Position numbers and translations under genes: made by a program. Under the pieces are notes generated by a model, which was not told where the DNA came from, did not search any database, and worked only from the letters and a program-made list of their open reading frames with translations. Positions 16,605 through 24,202 of a DNA stretch of 24,202 bases are shown in pieces. Origin of the DNA: an uncultured bacterium (lineage in GTDB: Bacteria; Hinthialibacterota; Hinthialibacteria; Hinthialibacterales; Hinthialibacteraceae); contig CAZFOX010000003.1 in NCBI GenBank assembly GCA_964520565.1, positions 1 to 24,202 on the forward strand, read 5' to 3'. Each line of letters begins with the position of its first letter. Within the stretch, counting starts at the first letter, position 1.

Positions 16605-16876
16605 CTTTTTGATTCCTCATAAGTTCCGATTCAATTTTCCATCGTGAAATCCCTCGCTTCCCCATAGAGCCACTGCTTTTTTCCTATCGAAGCAGGGCGA
16701 ATGAACGCTTGGTTTTCTTTGGCGAAAGCAGCAAAGCGTTCTATTCATCTGGGTTTTTCTGTCAAAGATATTCCTGCCAACGTTCGTTTGCCCTCCAAAA
16801 GACCGGGGGATGACTGTTTGTAGACAGCATCACTCTGGAAAGCACAAAGGATTTGAATTTGAGAGGAGCCAAAACA

Positions 16877-18382
16877 ATGGAAGAACGAGTTCCTATCGTC
16901 CAACCAGCCGCCGAACCAAAACCGGTTGGTGGAGTATCGCACGGGTGGTTGGCATTCTGGTTGATTGTCTTCCTGGTCCTGGGATTCGGCTGAATTGGTC
17001 TTTATCTGGATCAACGCTTGTCGTCCCTGGAAGAAAAAGTACTCACGCAGACCGGCGATGTATCCAAACAGGCAGAATCCACGCTTCAGGTTTTGCAAAC
17101 AGCACGAAAAGAGATATTGGGCAATCGTCAGGAGACTGCCGCCTTCGCACAAAAATTCACCTCCACCCTCGACGGCATGTCGGCGCTTCTGACGCAGACA
17201 GTCAATGCGTTTTCGGAACAAACGATACAACTCACGAAGGCCATCGAAAAGAAGGAAAAAAGCCAGTCGGAAACGCTGGATTCCGCACTGGCGGATCTGA
17301 AACAGGAAATGGCAGCCACCCGGGATGCCGCCGTCCAGGCAAAAAGTAAAGCGGAATCGGTTGATCAGCAATTGGCCGTTCTGGGTGGGCAGCTACAGCA
17401 AATGAATCAAAACCTGGCGGATGGTTTTATCACGTTAACCCAGTTAAGCCGGGATATGAGTCAGGCGATCGGCGATCATCTGGAGCAACAACAGAAGTCG
17501 ATCGACAACCAGCTGGCGGATTTGAGAGATGTTTCCACCCAAAGCCTGGAATCGGTTCGGGAACAACTCGCTTCACTCGATCAAAATACCAGTACAGTGC
17601 AAAACAACTTGGCGCGCCACATCGATGCAGTGGGCGATGAGGTACGGGCCGGATTCAGTGAACAGAAAGAGATTGCTTCTTCTATTCAGAATCATCTTGT
17701 GGAATCCGTACCAGCCGCCGGAGCGCTCTCGCAATTGGCAGAGAAAGTTGGGCATTTATCGAGTGGTGTGGAAACCGGTTTTTCGCAGGGATCGAAGGAT
17801 CGGGAAGCGTTGCGCGCCGCTCTGGCCGATCTGGAATATAACCTGAATGGCCGAACCGATAACCTTCTGGTGGAATTAACCGCCATTCATCAGAAAGAGG
17901 ATTCCTCCCCAACGGCTGAACGGATGGCCGGGGTAGAGGGACAACTAAACTCCCTGGCGCAAGGTCTGCAAAGTCTTCAGGCCAACCTGGGCAATCAACT
18001 CGCCGAAGCCGCTCAATCCGCTGTAGTGAAAGGGCTTCAATCCTATATCGGCCCCGCCGATGAAAAACTAGTTCAGGCCGCATCGCACTTAAAAATCCTG
18101 CAAGAACAAATCCAGTCCGTGCATACCGCCGTGCAGAGAGGAATCGAAGCTACCCGCGCCAAGGCGGCGGAGTGGATGCAGAATCCTCAGTCGGAAGCCG
18201 CGAAAAACTCTTTTGAAGCAGGTCTTCTGGAATTTGCCAACATGATGCAAAGCACGCAATCGCAGGTAGAGACCATCCAGAAACAAATCTCCGGCATTAC
18301 GGCGGCATTAAGTCCGGAATCCGGTGAAAAAAACCTGGAGGACGGAACGCCCATTGGAATGGCGGGCGAGAGTCCGCAATAG
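16877..18382 (+). CDS. Single-pass membrane-anchored long coiled-coil protein interrupted by an in-frame TGA at 16991-16993 (pseudogene, readthrough or sequence error)
   Basis: GAGAGGAG SD before ATG 16877, then MEERVPIVQPAAEPKPVGGVSHGWLAFWLIVFLVLGFG*IGLYLDQRLSSLEEKV, in frame with ORF 17018..18382. The body is rich in Q/L/A/S/E heptad-like sequence. Confidence 0.7.
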
Positions 18383-18419
18383 GATTGGTTTTGTAAGAAA
18401 AAAATCCGAAAATCGCATG

Positions 18420-18450
18420 AAAGGCCGGTTCCAGCAACCGGCCTTTTTTT
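18420..18450. terminator. Probable bidirectional terminator between the converging coiled-coil gene and nth
   Basis: 11-bp stem AAAGGCCGGTT/AACCGGCCTTT with a 5-nt loop, T-run on the right and A-run on the left. Confidence 0.8.
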
Positions 18451-18468
18451 GACGAGATAAATCCCCCC

Positions 18469-19137
18469 TCACCCGCTTTCATCCGACGGGCAATACGCCG
18501 ACAGCGAACAAATCTCGCAATGCGGTTTGCGCGCCTGGCAGACTTTCCGCCCGTGCCAGATGAGGCGATGAGAAAAGTCCGTCCGTTCTTCTGCGGGAAC
18601 GAGCGCGATCAGATCGCGTTCGATTTTATCCGGATCGGTTTCATCGCTTAGCGCCAGTCGATTGGAAAGCCTCTTCACATGCGTATCGACCATGATGGCA
18701 GGCAGGCCAAATGCAGTCCCCAATACCACGTTAGCGGTTTTGCGGCCGATGCCCGGCAGCTGGGTCAGAGCGTCCATCTCTTTCGGAACCTGCCCGCTGA
18801 ATTCCTCGGATAACGCCTGGCTGACGGCCAGGATGCTTTTGGTTTTCTGGCGGAAAAAACCGGTGGGACGGACAATCGCTTCCACGGCATCGGAGTCGGC
18901 GGCAGCCAGCGATTGAGCGTCGGGATATTTTTCGAAGAGGATTTTGGTGACTTGATTGACACGTTCGTCGGTACACTGTGCGGAGAGTATCGTTGCGATC
19001 AGCAACTCATACGCGTTACGAAAATTCAGAGCGCAGACCGGTTCGTACTCTTTGGCCAGAGCGGCGATGATTTTAGCGATGCGTTCCCGGGCGGAAGCGT
19101 CTTGGGAGGATTTTTTGGGAGACATAGGGTTTCTCAT
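18469..19137 (-). CDS. nth: Endonuclease III (HhH-GPD DNA glycosylase with 4Fe-4S cluster)
   Basis: LLIATILSAQCTDERVN, LPGIGRKTANVVL, VDTHVKR and C-X6-C-X2-C-X5-C (CQARKPHCEICSLSAYC). ATG 19137 overlaps the upstream stop (ATGA). Confidence 0.95.
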   Translation of the reverse strand: MRNPMSPKKSSQDASARERIAKIIAALAKEYEPVCALNFRNAYELLIATILSAQCTDERVNQVTKILFEKYPDAQSLAAADSDAVEAIVRPTGFFRQKTKSILAVSQALSEEFSGQVPKEMDALTQLPGIGRKTANVVLGTAFGLPAIMVDTHVKRLSNRLALSDETDPDKIERDLIALVPAEERTDFSHRLIWHGRKVCQARKPHCEICSLSAYCPSDESG

Positions 19138-19553
19138 TTTCCAATCAGTTGAACGACGATCTCCCGTTGGCGCGCTGGAACGTCGCAATCGATCAGGATA
19201 ATCTGTTGCCAGGTGCCCAGTGTAAGAGTTTTGTTTTCAAAGGGCACGGTTAACGAAGGGCCGATGAGTGTCGCGCGGATGTGCGAATGCCCGTTGCCAT
19301 CGTGCCAGGTCATGTCGTGATGGTAAGTCTCGTTGGAAGGCGCAATCGCTTCCAGGCGTTCGGGAAGGTCCTTAAGAAGGCCTGGTTCGTATTCGATGGT
19401 GCTGATGCCCGCAGTCGCTCCGGGAGCGAAAACGGTAACCTGCCCTTCCGTCATCCCGCTGTTGTACAGAATACGCTCGACCTGCGGTGTGATGTCGATG
19501 ATGTCCGTATTGGCTTTCGATGCAACTCGAAATCTTTCCGTCCGGATTTCCAT
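19134..19553 (-). CDS. yjbQ: UPF0047 / YjbQ family protein
   Basis: DIIDIT, GATAGISTIE, HDMTWHDGNGHSHIRATLIGPS and LGTWQQIILIDCD. GGGAGA SD before ATG 19553. Confidence 0.9.
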   Translation of the reverse strand: MEIRTERFRVASKANTDIIDITPQVERILYNSGMTEGQVTVFAPGATAGISTIEYEPGLLKDLPERLEAIAPSNETYHHDMTWHDGNGHSHIRATLIGPSLTVPFENKTLTLGTWQQIILIDCDVPARQREIVVQLIGK

Positions 19554-19572
19554 TTTTTCTCCCGAAAGTATC

Positions 19573-19854
19573 TCAGTACGTGATGTCGAAGCGAGTATAA
19601 GCGCCCGTCGCGGGAGACCAATCCGCATCGATCGAGGTGACATGCGATAGAGAAGGTCCCTCCTCGACGCGCTTGAGGAATTTCAGCAGGACGGATTCTT
19701 CTCCCTCGGCGAAGATTTCCACCCGGCCGTCTCCCAGGTTGCGCACTTCACCAGTCAATCCCATCGATTGAGCGATTCGCTCTACGAAATAACGGAAACC
19801 AACGCCCTGGACACGCCCGCTGACCAGAGCGTGTAAGTGCTTCTGTTTTCTCAT
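19573..19854 (-). CDS. acyP: Acylphosphatase
   Basis: VSGRVQGVGFRY and GEVRNLGDGRVE (catalytic Arg and Asn), 93 aa. ATG 19854 overlaps the upstream TGA. Confidence 0.93.
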   Translation of the reverse strand: MRKQKHLHALVSGRVQGVGFRYFVERIAQSMGLTGEVRNLGDGRVEIFAEGEESVLLKFLKRVEEGPSLSHVTSIDADWSPATGAYTRFDITY

Positions 19855-21068
19855 AGCGTCCGCTCCATTCGCCCACACCAGATACAATGCAAACCCACGC
19901 CGCCCAGCGCACACACCCAAGGCATCACGGGCTGGCAGAACCGGATACAGGCGTACGATAATGTGTAAATAGCGCATAAATAGCCAATAATCCCCAGTAT
20001 AAGAAGAATTCCTCGATGGCGGTATCCCACTACCGCGAATCCTATCAAAGCCAGGAGCAGATAGATAGATTGCAGAGGAACGGTAACAGAAAGCATCCGC
20101 TCGGAGGCGGGCACGTACCAGAAGCGGAAAAATTTTTTGACAAATAGCATGGCGGCGCCGGAAGGATTCGAGAGGATTTCTTTCACACCTTTAGCGTAAA
20201 GACGCTGATTGATTTCCCTCGCGCTTCCGCCTTCCGCTTTGGTCTCTTCGATAATCTTTTCCCATTGAGACATCCAGAAAGCCTGTCCAGGTCCTTCCCA
20301 GCGGCCGTCTACATCCTGATTATTTCCCAGCCAGAATTCCTTTCCGCCACGGATATCGTACAGGAAGAACTGGCCGGAAACCGCGGCATTGCGCCAACCC
20401 CATCCAGAGGCGATCAGAAGAAAGGGGATAAGTATTACAGCGCACATCCGAACGGCGTTCTTCCAGGGAATGATTAAAAAGAGACAGATCGAGAACAGAA
20501 AAGGAACAAATTGTAGAGCCGGGCTGATAAACGCCTGTACAACGGACAGCAGAGACAAACCCAATGCATCGCGAAGTAGCCGGGTTTCGAATACCTTCGA
20601 AGCCGCCAACATCCAAAAAGCCATGGCGGCACCCTGGATGATTTCTGTATTAGGCAGCGGCAGCCGGTAGAGCGCCAGCGGGTAGATGGCATAGAGAATT
20701 CCGGCAGGCAGTGCGCATCCGGGCAAAAACCATTTTTTGACGAAAAGATAAAGACAAGCTAGGGTTGTAACATCTAACAGGCAATGCCAAATGCGGATAA
20801 CAAGCAGTGCGGAGGCGTTGGAGACCGAGAGCGATGCCGGTTGAACGGCGCAAGTGAAGAAGGATAGAAGAGACGGATACAACGGCATGCGGACAATCTG
20901 CTCGCCATTATCCAAAAACTGTCCCGTGCGAAAACTCTCGGCGGCGTTCAGATAACCGTCCGCATCAACGAATGGATACAACTTCGCCCCGCTCCAGGGG
21001 AGGATTGCGATCCAGGCCAGACGAATCGCCAAAGCAAAAAACAAGAGAAAAAGAAATGGCTTCGACAT
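19851..21068 (-). CDS. Polytopic GT-C fold glycosyltransferase (ArnT/PMT-like)
   Basis: About 10 hydrophobic segments, a first loop with DADGY and RMPLYP, plus LPNTE and GGKEFWLGNN. It lies next to a GT2 gene. Confidence 0.72.
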   Translation of the reverse strand: MSKPFLFLLFFALAIRLAWIAILPWSGAKLYPFVDADGYLNAAESFRTGQFLDNGEQIVRMPLYPSLLSFFTCAVQPASLSVSNASALLVIRIWHCLLDVTTLACLYLFVKKWFLPGCALPAGILYAIYPLALYRLPLPNTEIIQGAAMAFWMLAASKVFETRLLRDALGLSLLSVVQAFISPALQFVPFLFSICLFLIIPWKNAVRMCAVILIPFLLIASGWGWRNAAVSGQFFLYDIRGGKEFWLGNNQDVDGRWEGPGQAFWMSQWEKIIEETKAEGGSAREINQRLYAKGVKEILSNPSGAAMLFVKKFFRFWYVPASERMLSVTVPLQSIYLLLALIGFAVVGYRHRGILLILGIIGYLCAIYTLSYACIRFCQPVMPWVCALGGVGLHCIWCGRMERTL

Positions 21069-21134
21069 GTGGAATCCTGTTTGGATTCAATTCTTCCTGG
21101 GAAAATACGATGAAAGAACGCCGGGGATAACGGA

Positions 21135-21818
21135 TTACCGGGCAAAGAGGTTATATTTGATAATACACCAGACAGCGGAAAATCCATCTTTCCAGGTGAT
21201 TTTCTTGCCCTCGTTATAATCGCGCCCGTAATAGGAAATGGGAACTTCGTAGACCCGGCAGCTCAACTTGGCAACTTTGGCGGTCAGTTCGGGTTCGACG
21301 CCGAAACGGTTCGATTCAATAGTGATTTGTTTGAGGATCGAGGATCGAAACGCCTTGTAACAAGTTTCCATATCGGTCAGGTTCAGGTTGGTCAGCATGT
21401 TGGAAAGCAGAGTGAGAAACTTGTTTGCAACGAAATGCCAGAAAAAAAGCACTCGTTGCTCCGGACCGCGGAATCGGGAACCGTAGACCACGTCGGCTTT
21501 GTCCTCCACGATCGGCTTGATCATTCGGGAGTATTCCTGCGGATTGTATTCCAGATCGGCGTCCTGGATGATCGCGATTTCGCCGGTGACTTTTGCGATC
21601 GCGGTGCGGATGGCGGCGCCCTTTCCCTGATTTTTTTCGTGAAAGAAAATACGAACCCGCGGAAGAGTGATTTTCTGCAAAATATCGCGCGTTCCGTCTA
21701 TGGAATAATCGTCGACGACGATCAGCTCTTTCTCTGTCGGTTCGGATAGGACTTGTTCGATGATCTTCTCAATCGTATCCCGTTCGTTATAAACCGGCAT
21801 GATCACGGATAAAAGCAT
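21135..21818 (-). CDS. Glycosyltransferase family 2 (DPM1-like polyprenol-phosphate sugar synthase)
   Basis: SVIMPVYNE, VVDDYSIDGT, NQGKGAA, IIQDADLEYNP, VVYGSRF, TDMETCYK and EVPISYYGR. Confidence 0.92.
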   Translation of the reverse strand: MLLSVIMPVYNERDTIEKIIEQVLSEPTEKELIVVDDYSIDGTRDILQKITLPRVRIFFHEKNQGKGAAIRTAIAKVTGEIAIIQDADLEYNPQEYSRMIKPIVEDKADVVYGSRFRGPEQRVLFFWHFVANKFLTLLSNMLTNLNLTDMETCYKAFRSSILKQITIESNRFGVEPELTAKVAKLSCRVYEVPISYYGRDYNEGKKITWKDGFSAVWCIIKYNLFAR

Positions 21819-21937
21819 AGGCCATCCTCAATTGGGATTCATCAAAAGGATTGTTGCCATTATAGAGAACGCCTTGCCGCATGCAAGGATTGTGGGATAA
21901 GGGGAATGCTGGACTCGGAGGCTGCCCTCAGAGTGGA

Positions 21938-23542
21938 TTACAAATGGATGTTGTAGGGTAAAAAGATCGTAAATGTCGCCCCGCTGGGGCTGTTTTTTGT
22001 AACATCGAGTCTCCCCTGGTGTTCCTCCACAATCCGCCGGGTCATCGGTAAACCCAGCCCGACGCCATGCGGTTTGCTGGAACGAAAGGCTTTAAAGATC
22101 TCCGAAACGCGTTCCGGGGGAATACCCGGGCCGGAATCGGAAATTTCCAGAGCCATAAAATCGTCTTTTTCGGAAAGTTCGATCCGGATTGTTCCTTCTT
22201 CCGGCGTGACATCCAACGCGTTCAGAAGAAGATTGAGCACGGCTTGCTCGATGCGTTCCCGGTCGATGGAGATGGATTTTCGCAGGGTATGGATTTTCGA
22301 GGTTACCGATACGCGTTGCTTGCTGATGCGGTGGCGTAAAAGGCGAAGTACCCGGCCGATCAATGCCTCCATGTCGTGGGATTGCCGTTCCAGACCCCTC
22401 GTCTTGGCCAGATTGAGCAGATCGGTTACCAAGTTGTTGAGATCGCCGATCTTTTGTGCGATGACATCGACGTCGTGGTGAAAGTCGGTTTCATTGGGAG
22501 GGGCGGATTTCCAGGAGTGAATCAGCATATTGATGACGGCCAGGGGATTGCGGATTTCGTGCGCCAGCCCGGCGGCCAGTTCGCCCAGCGTGGCGCGTTT
22601 GGCCGATTCCTGCAACCGTTCTTCCATCGCCATGTTCTGCTCGTGCACCCGGACGTTGGTGATGGCGATCGCGGCGTGATCGGCAAAAGTTTGCAGAAGT
22701 TCCATTTCCGAACGCTGCCAACGGCGCGGCGTGGCCGAATAGATGCTCAACACGCCAAGCACGTCGTTTTGAAAGGCGATCGGGGCGGCGAGCAAGGAGA
22801 TCACTCCTTCCCGCTCCGCCATGGCTTTATGGAGGTATAACGGTTCCTTAAAAACGTTGGGAACCTGCATGATCCGGTTAAGTCGGACAACGGTTCCCAG
22901 AATGGAACCATCCAGGGGAATATTGGGCTTGTCCAGATACTCCAGGCTGCACCCGTACGCCGTGACCAGCTCCAACTCCCGGCGCTTGTCATTAACAAGC
23001 ATCAACGAACTCATCTTGGCCCGGAAGAGCACCGTTCCTTGCTCAACGACATTAAGCAACACCCGGTCCAAGTCGAGCGAGGAAGAAATGGCCCCCGCAA
23101 TATGCAATAGAGCGGGTAGCGGCCGGGATTGTTCGGCCACCAAAAACTCGATCCAACCGGTGAAAAAGTCGTTCGCCAAGGCGTCGACGGGAGTCGAAAG
23201 CGTTTCCAATTGCGCGGGAGCCTGCTCGATGAAACAGTGCGCCACGGCCCCGATCGCGTGATTTCCGCTGAGAATGGGGATCGCCACAATCTCTTCCGCA
23301 ACGCCGGTCATCGATCCCCCCTTTAGCGAGAATGGGACTTTGGAATTCTGTATTCGTTCGATCGTTTCTTTCTCGTAACAATTGGATCGCCAGTAGCGGG
23401 CGGGAGTATCGGGATCTCCAATTGTCGCGCAAAGCAATAGACTAAGAAAATTATCGGAGAAATAATACAGCGCGGACTGGGCGGCGCGATTCTGCTGGTG
23501 AATCGTCGAAAGTGCCGTTTCGGGAGATTGCGGGATCGCCAT
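21938..23542 (-). CDS. Cytoplasmic GAF-domain sensor histidine kinase
   Basis: GAF domain (LDLDRVL...SLLAAPIAFQNDVLGVLSIYS), H-box AHEIRNPL, N-box NLLLNALD, DSGPGIP and GVGLGL. No transmembrane helix is evident. Confidence 0.92.
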   Translation of the reverse strand: MAIPQSPETALSTIHQQNRAAQSALYYFSDNFLSLLLCATIGDPDTPARYWRSNCYEKETIERIQNSKVPFSLKGGSMTGVAEEIVAIPILSGNHAIGAVAHCFIEQAPAQLETLSTPVDALANDFFTGWIEFLVAEQSRPLPALLHIAGAISSSLDLDRVLLNVVEQGTVLFRAKMSSLMLVNDKRRELELVTAYGCSLEYLDKPNIPLDGSILGTVVRLNRIMQVPNVFKEPLYLHKAMAEREGVISLLAAPIAFQNDVLGVLSIYSATPRRWQRSEMELLQTFADHAAIAITNVRVHEQNMAMEERLQESAKRATLGELAAGLAHEIRNPLAVINMLIHSWKSAPPNETDFHHDVDVIAQKIGDLNNLVTDLLNLAKTRGLERQSHDMEALIGRVLRLLRHRISKQRVSVTSKIHTLRKSISIDRERIEQAVLNLLLNALDVTPEEGTIRIELSEKDDFMALEISDSGPGIPPERVSEIFKAFRSSKPHGVGLGLPMTRRIVEEHQGRLDVTKNSPSGATFTIFLPYNIHL

Positions 23543-23701
23543 GATTTCGGTTCTCGTTGCGGATTGTGAAATAATAGATTATTCCATTCGTATGGGAAAA
23601 GTAAATCTCAATTCCAAATGAGGATAAATGGCCACGGCGGGCGGAAAAAAGAAACGGGTAAAATCGCTGTCCTGTAGGCGTGGTACGTGGTGAATTCGAT
23701 G

Positions 23702-23723
23702 TATAATGTGGCGTTTTGAGGTG
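23702..23723 (+). promoter_or_regulatory. Candidate -10 element and ribosome-binding site for the DUF4870 gene
   Basis: Perfect TATAAT at 23702-23707 and GAGGTG at 23718-23723. No convincing -35. Confidence 0.35.
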
Positions 23724-23730
23724 AAAGTAT

Positions 23731-24099
23731 ATGAATGATAACATGGGTTTTACCCCTGAGATTTTGCGGGAAGAGAGAAACTGGGCTACCATTTGTCACT
23801 TGTCCGGATTCGCCTTTTTTATATTGCCTCCCATCGGTCATGTGGTTGCCCCGCTGATCCTTTGGTTGTTAAAACGGCACGATTCCACGTTTATCGATGA
23901 GCACGGCAAGGAAGCAGTTAACTTTCAGATCAGTATTTCGATATATGGGATTCTCTGTTTTATCCTGGTATTCTTAGTAATCGGCCTGGCGATGGCGCTG
24001 CTTCTTTTCTTGTTTTGGGCGATTTGCATGATCTACGCGGCGATTCAGGCCAACGATGGTATGAGTTTCCGCTATCCCTTGATTATCCGCCTGCTCTAA
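23731..24099 (+). CDS. DUF4870-like (Tic20-like) small membrane protein
   Basis: ERNWATICHLSGF, PLILWLLKR...FIDEHGKEAVNFQIS and AAIQANDGMSFRYPLIIRLL. Confidence 0.85.
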   Translation: MNDNMGFTPEILREERNWATICHLSGFAFFILPPIGHVVAPLILWLLKRHDSTFIDEHGKEAVNFQISISIYGILCFILVFLVIGLAMALLLFLFWAICMIYAAIQANDGMSFRYPLIIRLL

Positions 24100-24148
24100 T
24101 CGAGCGGCCTGTACAATATATCGAGTGAAAACCACCGGAAGGATTTGT

Positions 24149-24202
24149 AGATTGCATCACTTCGTTCGCAATGACACGAACGTAACGCATTGTCATTGCG
24201 AG
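24149..24202. repeat. Inverted pair of the 28-bp REP-like repeat (copy C 24149-24176; copy D 24191-24202, truncated by the window)
   Basis: AGATTGCATCACTTCGTTCGCAATGACA, a 14-nt spacer, then TGTCATTGCGAG, which is identical to the start of copy B. Confidence 0.85.

Noticed and set aside
16695-16745. GGCGAA...GCAAAGC...CTA resemblance to a c-di-GMP-I riboswitch
   Set aside because: Spacing and the P2 tetraloop/receptor elements do not fit. Kept only as an unnamed structured leader.
16991-17040. Selenocysteine insertion at the in-frame TGA
   Set aside because: The codon falls at the end of a transmembrane helix with no redox motif, and only a weak 5-6 bp hairpin follows.
16810-17349. 179-aa plus-strand ORF overlapping the coiled-coil gene, considered as an alternative N-terminus via frameshift
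   Set aside because: Its composition is not protein-like. The ATG 16877 frame has the SD and the membrane helix and is already in frame with the coiled coil.
1-24202. CRISPR array, tRNA/rRNA, integrase, transposase, phage or defence genes
   Set aside because: None seen. The 28-bp repeats are dispersed inverted pairs, not regularly spaced direct repeats. The remaining ORF-track entries are antisense or alternate-frame shadows of the called genes.

Overview
A 24.2-kb stretch of an ordinary bacterial chromosome, probably from a diderm (lipoprotein signal, lpxD-like gene, prepilin peptidase). I found no tRNA/rRNA, CRISPR array, intact transposase or phage gene. The left minus-strand block is hinT, a TPR lipoprotein, yqeK, a small membrane protein and nnr; nnr runs off the window and is missing from the ORF track. 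The central plus-strand block is pilD, a ThuA-domain protein, a GH172/DUF2961 enzyme, a GH29 fucosidase, a doubly frameshifted lpxD-like gene, metK, an XRE-HTH/cyclase-like fusion, ahcY and a membrane-anchored coiled-coil gene split by an in-frame TGA. The right minus-strand block is a GAF histidine kinase, GT2, a GT-C glycosyltransferase, acyP, yjbQ and nth, followed by a DUF4870-like gene on the plus strand. The best candidate for an undescribed system is the XRE regulator between metK and ahcY. Its class III cyclase-like domain keeps the adenine-recognition Lys/Asp but has lost a metal-binding Asp and the catalytic Arg, which would suit a SAM/SAH/adenosine-sensing transcription factor, and its promoter carries a palindrome between -35 and -10. 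Other notable signals are a three-box DnaA cluster after ahcY and a 28-bp REP-like repeat family with four copies. All functional calls come from motif recognition by eye; no database searches were run.
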